The notes under the pieces were generated by a model that had not been told where the DNA came from, made no database searches, and worked only from the letters and a program-made list of their open reading frames with translations. This document shows positions 55,023 to 64,000 of a stretch of DNA of 64,000 bases, piece after piece. Both the position numbers and the translations under genes were made by a program. Each line of letters opens with the position of its first letter. Positions within the stretch are counted from its first letter, which is position 1. Source of the stretch: Camelus ferus (taxonomy: Eukaryota); contig NC_045697.1 in NCBI RefSeq assembly GCF_009834535.1, forward strand, positions 74,774,001 through 74,838,000, in the 5' to 3' direction.

Positions 55023-55237
55023 CAGCAGGGTTTCTCAACCTTGGCACTCTTAACACTTTGGACCAAATGACCCTTTGTTATAGGGCGCTGTCCTGTGCCA
55101 CATAGATGTCTAGCACCATCCCTGGTTTTTACCCACTCAATACCAATAGCAACCTCCTACAACTGGACACCCAAAATGTCTCCACACGCTGCCTGCTGGG
55201 GTGGTGGAAAATCACCCCTGGATGAGAAGCATTATGC
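55023..55237. mobile_element. MER20 hAT-Charlie MITE
   Basis: gggtttctcaaccttggcact...gctgtcctgtgc...agcaccatccctgg...acccact...ccaaaatgtctcca...aaaatcacccctggatgagaa. Confidence 0.85.
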
Positions 55238-55557
55238 TAGAGGCAAGTCTAACAAAATTGATATACTTCCTTTAAAAGTATTTCCATCATCTCCACTTCG
55301 ACATATTTTCCTCTAGAATTGGGAACATATGAGAGGCCAGTCTGGTCATATGAAAATTCTGATTATTTTGTAGCTGCCCACACCTAGGATCTAAGTGCCC
55401 TAAGTTCATGTAGAAGGGAACTGGAGATTCTTGAAATGGCCATTATTATTTTGATAGGAACTTAAGAGGTGAGGTGGAAGTTGAGGGGTGGGGCATGAGA
55501 AGAAAGGATAAAAGGATAAGACTTGCAAAATGGGGAGAAAGGAAGGAAGAAATCTAC

Positions 55558-56019
55558 AATAGTTTCTTAGGGCTACTGGTTCAAAATGCCTCAAACGTGG
55601 GTGGCTTAAAACAATAGAAATTTATTCTTAGTTCAGGAGACTAAAAGTCTGAAATTAAGATGTTGTCAGGGTCATGCTCTTTATGAAAGCTCTAGAGGAG
55701 AAGCTGTTTCATATATTTTCATAGCTTCTCGTGTCACTGGCAATCATTGGTGTTCCTTGACTTATAGACACATCATTGCATTTCCTGTCTACATTGTCAC
55801 ATTGTATTTCCCCTATCTCTGTCTCTCTTTTTCAATCTCTCCTTCTCCTCTTCTTATAAGAGTAACAGTCATTGGATTAGAGTCCACTCTAATTGAATAT
55901 GACCTCATCTTAACTTGATTATATCTGCAAAGGCCCTATTTCCAAATGAGGTCACATTTGCAGATACTGGGGGTTAGGGCTTCAACATCTTTTGAGGGAA
56001 CACAAGTCAACCTACAACA
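55558..56019 (-). mobile_element. MLT1C-like MaLR solo LTR
   Basis: gggtggcttaaaacaatagaaatttattct...gtcattggattag...atgacctcatcttaacttgattatatctgcaaaggccctatttccaaatgaggtcacatt. Confidence 0.9.
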
Positions 56020-56299
56020 GGGCCCAAAGGGGAGAGGTTTGTTCTCAATTGTTCCAAGAGAAATAGTCACTGGGGAGGCTTCAAAAGCATTAGTCAAAGA
56101 CCAGTGAGGAAACGGGGAATGAATAGAGTAAAGGAGGCAATGCTGAAGCTTCATTTCATTGTGGAATCTCTAGGGGTTGAAAGATACAACTCAAATCTGA
56201 AATAGAGAACTTTTTTATACTTTGTGACTTTCATTTGTATATGACCAGCTAACAGGGAAGTTATTTAATGATGGATAGTACCTTCTTCCTGTTCCATGC

Positions 56300-56858
56300 T
56301 GGGGATGGCAGACTGAGGATACATAGGTAACAGGTGGACACTTAAGATAATCTGAAGAGACTTAAAAAAAAAAAGTGTTCCAAAGGTATGGGAATTGTGT
56401 AAGGAAACCAATAGAATGGTGTGGTTGTCGGGAACTAGTAAGTAAATAGGGCTTTGTTACCATCACCTATCACCTCTAGACCTGATGGGGAAAGTGGTTA
56501 TTGTAATGAGAGAGAGAAACAGAGGGAGAGGAAGAGGGAGGGAGGGGAAAGAGAGAGAGAGAGACACACACACACACTGTTGAGTTGGAAGCCTGGTCAA
56601 GGGATACAGCCATCCCATGGACACCCTGCATGGAGGCAGCCTGAACTAATAAATATCCTGATCTCTTCCCTCCCTCCTTCCTGCCAGTCCTACCCAGTTG
56701 GTCAAACCCAACAAAAAGCCAGAGGGCAACCTGTTGACAGTATATACAGATCAGACTTCTGCCACTAGCTCTACCCTGAACACATCCATCAAGCCAGAGC
56801 ATAAGCAAGTTTAAGAAGAGTGGATCTGAAAGTCCAAATGAAATATATCTAGTATACA
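56300..56858 (-). mobile_element. Old ERVL LTR (LTR33-like) with GA/CA microsatellite
   Basis: ttggtcaaacccaacaaaaagccagagggcaa...agagtggatctg...caaatgaaatatatctag. Confidence 0.65.
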
Positions 56859-57294
56859 TATTTTGTCTATTAAAAAGTATAATTCAGTTTTTATTAATCT
56901 GTCCATAGTTTGACTATTTTATTTGAAGGGGATCTCTTGCCTGGATGATTTATTTATTGATCTTTGAATAAAAGTGACAAAAAAATTCTGCAGTGCATCA
57001 GATTGGTAGTTGTTATATGAATGTGATCATACCATATTCATTAATATACTTGTCTTGATGATATATCTTCAAAAAGAAAAAAGAAACACAGTGGTTAAAA
57101 AAGAGCCTTATCAATTGTGAGACTATAAAGAATTAGAAAAGTAGCCATACGCAGTTAGCAGTTGTCCCAAATAATCTGGATGATTCAGGACAAGGAGAGG
57201 AATATATCTGAAAATCTCAACTGTTTAAAAGGCTTAAGCTTTTTCTGACTTTGGAACCAACCCTGTCACATACTATTTTCTTTTTTAGGAAGGT

Positions 57295-57663
57295 TCCTAG
57301 CCTAGCTAACACCTGCTCTTCCCTCAGGTCACAGCCCAGCTGTAAATCAAATAAGTCTTCCTTGACTCTTCTCAACCCTTTCCCACCTTTTAAATAAGGT
57401 CCCTTCAGTTATTTTCATTTTTAGAATCTATTTCTTTTCATTTATTGCTTTATTGTAATTTGTAGTTATATATTTAATTGTGATTTTTTGTTTATTTACC
57501 TTTTTTAAATTTGACTGTAAATTCCTGGTAGCAGAGATCGTATCTGGATTTTTTTCTAATTGAAATGTAGTAGATTTACAATGTTGTGTTAATTTCTGAT
57601 GTACAGCATAGTGATTCATTTATTTATATATATAAATAGATGTAAATAGATATAAATATATAC

Positions 57664-57710
<47 letters not shown>

Positions 57711-58097
57711 CTTTTTCATGTTTTTTCATTATAGGCCATTACAAGGTATTGAATATAGTTCCCTGTGCTATACAGTAGGACTTATTATTTATCTATTTTA
57801 TGTATAGTAGTTAGTATCTACAAATCCCAAACTCTGAATTTATCCTTCTCCATCCCTGGTAACTATAAGTTTGTTTTCTCTGTCTGTGAGTCTGTCTCTG
57901 TTTTGTAAATAAGTTCCTTTGTGTCCTTTTAAAAGTTTATTTTATTTTGTAAGATTCTACATATAAGTGATATCATATAGTATTTTTCTTTCTCTTTCTG
58001 GCTTACTTCACTTAGTATGATGATCTCCAGGTACATCCATGTTGCTGCAGATGGTATTATTTTATTTTTTATTTTTTATGGCTGAATAATATTGCAT

Positions 58098-58155
<58 letters not shown>

Positions 58156-58632
58156 ACAACTTCTTTATCCAGTCATCTGTTAATGGACATTTAGGTTGCT
58201 TCCATGTCTTGGTTATTATAAATAGTGCTGCTATGGACATTGGGGTGCATGTATCTTTTTGAATTAGAGTTTTCTTTGGATATAAGCCCAGGAGTGGGAT
58301 TGCTGGATCATATGGCAAGTCTATTTTTAGTTTTTTGAGGAATCTCCATACTATTTTCCATAATGGCTGCACCAATTTTTATTCCCACCAACATTGTAGG
58401 AGAGTTCCCTTTTCTCTACACTCTCTCCAGCATTTATCATTTGTGGACTTTTTAATGATGGCCATTCTGATTGGTGTGAGGCAATACTTCATTGTAGTTT
58501 TGATTTGCATTTCTCTGATAATTAATGATACTGAGCATTTTTTCATGGATTTATTTTTTTATCTGTCTCCCAGTGCTTATCACAGTGCCTTGCCCGAATT
58601 AATTAATTTTTCAAATGCTTGAATGAATAAAT
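57295..58632 (+). mobile_element. L2 3' end split by a younger L1 (57295-57545, 58555-58632)
   Basis: gactgtaaattcctgg...agagatcgtatctgg | tgtctcccagtgcttatcacagtgcctt...tgaatgaataaa. Confidence 0.7.
57552..58545 (-). mobile_element. Youngest L1 in the window: 5'-truncated ORF2 end + 3' UTR
   Basis: ORF 58097..58375 gives [33 protein letters not shown]...WKQPKCP...WIKKLWYIY (L1 ORF2 C-terminus). TGGATTT flanks both sides (57545, 58546). Internal (TA)n(CA)n at 57660-57710 and (TA)n at 58101-58153. Confidence 0.95.
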
Positions 58633-58935
58633 TAAGCTATGTTGTCACTGGACTTATAATTACCATATCCTGAGGAGTAATTTGGGCTTGTGAATCTTTG
58701 TATAATTTAATATAGTATGTGTATAGTATGTAATATGTATGTAGTAATATAATATAATATGTTATATTTATTGCTCAGGGGTTAATCAGAGGCATTGATA
58801 TTTGGGGCTGGATAGCTAGAGTAGAAGGTGGCCAACTTCCCTTGCTTATTGTCACAGATATGCCAAGGAAATAAAATATATAAAATACATTTAGAGAAAA
58901 GGCATTCTAAAAATAACAAAATGATGAAAATCAAA

Positions 58936-59080
58936 TGCATTGTAGGATGTTAAGCAGCATCCTTGGCTTCTACCTAGTCAATTCCAGTAATGCCCCTCCA
59001 GTTGTGACAACCAAAATTATCTCCAGACTTTGCCAGTTGTCCCTGGGGAGACAAAATTGCCTCAGTTGAGAGCCACTACA
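58936..59080. mobile_element. MER20 partial
   Basis: tgcattgtaggatgttaagcagcatccttggc...ccagttgtgacaaccaaaa...ctccagac...gttgagagccact. Confidence 0.85.
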
Positions 59081-59149
59081 TCTCAGAATTAATAAACAAA
59101 CAAACAAAAAAAAAAAACAGACGAAATTAAACAAAAACAAAAAGCAGTT

Positions 59150-59350
59150 ACCCTTACATCATGCATTATCATTCACTGTCCCAAGAAACTTAAAACTCTC
59201 ATAAGGCAGATTTGTGTTGTCTCTATTTCATGTATAATAAAAGGAAAGGTAACAAATTAAGTAATAGCCTTAATGCCACATAGTAAGAGGCAGAGTGAGA
59301 AATATGAAGCTAGGTTTTTTAATTCCAAAGCTTGCACCATTTCCACAAAT
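59150..59350 (-). mobile_element. MIR fragment
   Basis: attaagtaatagccttaatgccacatagtaagaggcagag...ttccaaagc. Confidence 0.55.
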
Positions 59351-60959
59351 CTATTTTGCTACCTTACTTAAAACACCCGCTGGAAAGTTCTGGAGCAGAG
59401 ATGAGCACCAGCCCCTGGAGACAGCGAGGGCCCTGCCACACACCATCACCTCCAGGGCTCAGTGTCACTTTTAGGGGTTCCAGGGGCTAAAGCCTAATTT
59501 AGGATCCTTGGTGGCCACCATCTGATTCCTCCCAGCTATATATTCTCAAGCCTGAGAAGATATAGATCTTCCAGATTGTCCCTGACCCTTTCTTTTCTGG
59601 GAGACACCTAGAAGAAAGCAATTCTATTTTCTTTTTCAAAATACATTTGTATTGACACTGTAACTTTTAAAAGCAGAATTGGTAATAATATTAGTGGCAG
59701 ATGTGTTCTTAGAAACATTAAATTTGTTTTATTTTCTACCTGATCAGAAATGGTTTGGGGAAGAGGCAGGAAGTGAGAAATAGAAACACAGGGAAACACA
59801 CATAGTCACAGACCAAGAGAAATTGAAGGGAAGTTGAAAAGAGAGACAGAGAAAGACAGAAAGTGACACACTTAGACACACACATGGAGCCGTAGAGAGA
59901 AGCACACAGAATGAAACACATACAGACTCAGAGAGACAGATACACCATGGGTCAGAAGAGACATGAGAGATGGGGGCTTGTGGTGGGGAAAGGGTCTTGG
60001 GGCATAAGACTTATTAGGGAGTTGTGAAAGGCAGGGAGAAGACTGATTAATCTGCTCTCCAGGGACTTGACCAAGTAGCAGACCTGATCTCAGAAATGCT
60101 TCCGGTGTAATTGTTAAGCATATTGAGAATCATTTCTCTCATCCTGAGAAACACAATGCATCTAGACAACTGAAAGAACTCTCATACTTATTCAGATGAT
60201 AACCCCCTGAGGATACAGGGCATGAAGACCTTGTTTCCTCCTTTCTCACTTTTCTGTCCCTTTCTATATTTCCCTCCATCCCTGCAAATCCTAGAGCAGC
60301 TGACTTAAGTATATGTCAGGAAAGGTTCAGGGCAGGTTAAGCAGGCTGCAAGCAGCTGTGTGCAGCCTGGGTGGAGGCAGGGGCCATTGTGAGCTCTACG
60401 TTTGGGAGGACCTCAAAAGTTTGCTCCCCCTGGACCATTAGACCATTGTTGACTTCTAGATTGAGGCACACAGCACTGAGGCAGCTACTATCCAGTTTAT
60501 AGCATTGCAGTTACAGTGGAAACCTGACTATGCTGGGAAGGGCTTTAGTGCCTGATCCACATAATATTTGATACCTCCCTCCGGATCAGAAAAACCCAAA
60601 GTCAACGTCCAGGGTCCAAATATTTTCTAACTGGCTTCTCGGCTGACAGCCGGAGCCAGCCATCAGAGGTTTGACCGGACTGTGTGCAGCTGACAGTAGA
60701 CCACGGAACAGTTAACCTTCAGGTGTGAAATTGAGTTGACATTGCACACAGAGGAAGTAGTTACCGCAGTTTATGATAAAAATTATTTCTGAGTCTGTGG
60801 CTCTAGTGTTCACCCCAAGTGATCTGTGACTTCTCTCAGTCAGTGAATGCTGGAATCAAAATATTGTGTGGAAATTGTCAGGAGTATAATTTGCCTTTGG
60901 AGACAGAGACTGCGATTCCATCTTGACAGCACACTATTCTATGAAGAACAAGTCCGGGA

Positions 60960-61100
60960 ACCAGAAGGACCTCAGTGGTTCTCTAGTCCAACTGCTTGCT
61001 TTACTCAGGAGGACACCCAGAACCACAGAGGTTAAGAGACTTGTTTAAGATCATGCAACAATTCGGTGGCATAACTGTGACTAGAACCTGGGCTTGCTAC
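60960..61100 (-). mobile_element. MIR/MIR3 fragment
   Basis: tctagtccaac...cagaggttaagagacttgtttaagatcatgc...ctagaacctggg. Confidence 0.65.
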
Positions 61101-63569
61101 TCTTCCTCCTGTTTCATTTCCATTTAGGGTACACAAATAAATGGTAATGTTTTAAATAGAAATTAATGGTCTTTTTGAAAATTTCCAATTAAAAGTCAAA
61201 GGAACATCAATGCATAGAGTACATGTTTAATAAACGTTGAGAATAAGAGGGAGAACTAAGAAAAAGTATCCAGTATCTAGCCTAATTTGCATGCAGTAAG
61301 TATTTATTGAAATGAATGAGGTCAAATTATTAGCACTTTTCTCAGGAGGTTCCTGTTGTATGAAACAGCCACAAAATGATTTACCTTAGTGAAGAATACA
61401 GGGCTCACAACTCATGCAGTGCCATTTTGGAAAAGTGTTTTTCTTATATAATTAAAACTAATGGAAAATTCACTAAGCAAACAAATGCTAAAGATATAAG
61501 GTGCTCAAGAGATGAACAGACACAAACCATATGTAAGTACTTAAGAAAGTACACTCTCAGCACATGTGAAGCTCCTTTGTTGTCCCTGCAGAGTGAAGTA
61601 AGTCCTATTTCCCAAGTCTCTTTATTTTGGATTTTCTCCCAATGTAAAAAAAAAAAAAATCCTGCCTTGTAAGATTCAACAGCATAGACTACAAAGCCAG
61701 GGTTTCATAGAAGTGGTAGGTTATTTGAGGAGAATTAGTCCCCCCAACCCCGTACATCACTCTTAAATAGAATATTTCATCAAGTATTGCTACCAGCAAA
61801 ATGGGGTAGGGGGCAGTGTTCCTCCTAGAAGTTGAAATAGCAGTGAAAGGTTGAATGAACCAGATCATATGTCACATTTTTCAGATAACTAGATTCTCTG
61901 GGGACTCAAGACTGGTAAAGGTTTAACAGGATCTCAATGAATCTCTCAGGTCTCCTTGTGTTTCATTGTATTCTGACCATGAATCATGTAAAAGTTCATC
62001 AGATCAACTCATTTCTCATCTGTGTTTGTGTCTTAAGACCTTCCCTCTTGTTTGGCAAATCTGTGTGTGATGATCTGTCTGTGGTTCCAGGTCACCTGAG
62101 CATTTAGGTTGCTGTTCTGTTTACAGCTCCCAAAGTGTCTTTTTTTCCCAGAGGCTACATCATCCTGGCCTTTTGACACATTGGAAGGACAGAGATATTG
62201 CAAAACAGCTCTTTGAGCATCTCTATTTTGGGGAATAAATTGCTAAGTTAACATGGAAGGCCAAGGATTCCCTTCACAATTTCTCCCTGTATTAGCACAA
62301 GCCAAAATAATGCTTACCAGGGTCAGTTTTGGCTAGTCTTAATAACAATTTCAATCCAATAAACTTAATATGTAAAAAGTAAAGTTTTTAAGGTATTTCA
62401 GAAGAAACTAAGTTAGTCACTATATTAAACAAAGAGTGAAAATTTTAATTTACTGATAAATAATTAAAGATTCCTCAGGGAATATTGTTTATCTTGGCAA
62501 TATGTACTTCAGAGACGCTTATGGTAAATGATTCTAAAAGAAGACATTTTAAAGCATATGAATAACTTATGTTTATAAAAGCCATATCTTTTGTAAAGTT
62601 TACCAAGACTTTACCATGCAGTATTCCATCTAAGCTCATAATCTTTTGAGAAAGCTATGATTACATCCATATTAAAAATAAAGAGTATGTTTCAGAAAGA
62701 CCAAAAAACTCGTCTCAAGACAAACAGCTAGGAAGAAACAGGATAAGACTTAAATCTTCTCAATCAAGCACTCAAGACATTAAAACTATTTAAAAGTATA
62801 TTTTCCAGCATGTTACCTCTTAATTGTTTGGTCCCTCAGTAACCAGCTAATGCTTTTTGGGTTCACTTCAGAAGGAAAAAAAATTTTTATCTAATTATAT
62901 AGGGCTTGGAAATATATTTTTTATGAAAATTATATTTATGGACTCATAGAGATCAAAAGATAAATTTGAAAGTAATGTATCTTTGCTATTGAATTGGATT
63001 GCTTGTAAACCATTCTAGAAGATAAGAATTGATTTAAGCTCTTAAAAAAAAAAAGATTATGCATCTTATTTGTGTCAGCTGTTCCATTGGTTAACAACTC
63101 TACTCAGCTAAAATTTTTGTTAAGGTTTGAAACTATTCACCTGTGGAGAAGGTTTTTCCATTATTAAACTAGAATCTGTTAAGAAGAAAAACCTTCATTG
63201 AATCTTCTTCATACTGATCTTCAGGTTACTTGATCTTTATTTTGTTTCTAATACTTGATATATATTTAGATTTGGTCCTTAAATAAGTGAAATGTCATGT
63301 TTCTCCTTAATTCTAAAACTTTGGGTTTACTCAGTATTAAAGTAGAAGTTCAGAAACTACTGAATGCAATAAGAGCATCGTTTTACTGATCAAGTTGGAT
63401 ACATATTTAAGGATTACAATTAAAAACATTGTCTTATTAGTCAGGCCATTGCCTGCAGCTATCATCTACATTGTACCATCTTTTTGCTACTGACACTTTC
63501 TCAAGTTTTTGCCAAATAACAGGCAATTTTGTTCCTAGTTACCCTTCTCTGCACTTGTCCTTAACCACA

Positions 63570-63760
63570 GAAGTGGTTCTCAAATTTTAGCAAGTTTCAG
63601 AATCATCTAGAGGGCTTGATAAAATACAGATTGCTTGGCCCCACCGCTAGAGTTTCTAATTCTGTAGGTCTGAAAGAGGCCCAGAAATGCATTTGGAGCT
63701 GGTTCCCTGGTGATGCTATTGCTATAGATTCAGGGCCTACATTTTGTGACCACATACTCT
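63570..63760. mobile_element. MER5A hAT-Charlie MITE
   Basis: agtggttctcaaa...cagaatcatctagagggcttgataaaatacagattgcttggccccacc...agagtttct...gttccctggtgatgct. Confidence 0.88.
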
Positions 63761-64000
63761 GTATGTTTCTAGTGATTTCCGTTTCTTCAGTTTGCCTTTT
63801 GGTACACTGGAAAGATAGAACTTATGTAAAACAATTCTTTTCTCTCAGTTTCTGTTATCCAAGGTAACAGAGTTCTTATTCCTCCTTTTGCCCTTAAGCA
63901 ACATCATGACCCTGTAGAGCTATAACAGCTATTCACAGAGGAAAGAGGTTCTCCCTGGGTCATTTATAATATAAACTTCCCCCTGCCAGGGCTTGTGCCC

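Noticed and set aside
58097..58375. 92-aa ORF with a convincing protein-like sequence
   Set aside because: L1 ORF2 C-terminal remnant running into (TA)n; not a host gene.

Overview
AT-rich, CpG-poor, repeat-dense mammalian (laurasiatherian-looking, possibly camelid) genomic DNA. The only supportable protein-coding gene is GIMD1 (GIMAP/AIG1-family P-loop GTPase) on the minus strand. It has two coding exons (9668-9276 and 685-425) joined by a phase-0 GT-AG intron and gives an intact 217-aa protein; the second exon is missing from the supplied ORF track. A probable non-coding first exon and promoter lie near 10.9-11.1 kb. The remaining ~53 kb upstream is intergenic and filled with old transposon fossils (L1, L2, MIR, MaLR/ERVL LTRs, hAT and Tc2 MITEs), several of them nested. 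The most unusual structures are (i) an LTR-less ERVL internal fossil whose domain order is permuted (RT-RNaseH-partial IN-dUTPase, then gag-protease) and (ii) two independent ~2.5 kb L1 copies that keep both termini and target-site duplications but lack most of their interior. I found no evidence for a new multi-gene system, RNA gene or CRISPR array. Repeat subfamily names come from pattern recognition, not a database search, and boundaries of old repeats are approximate.
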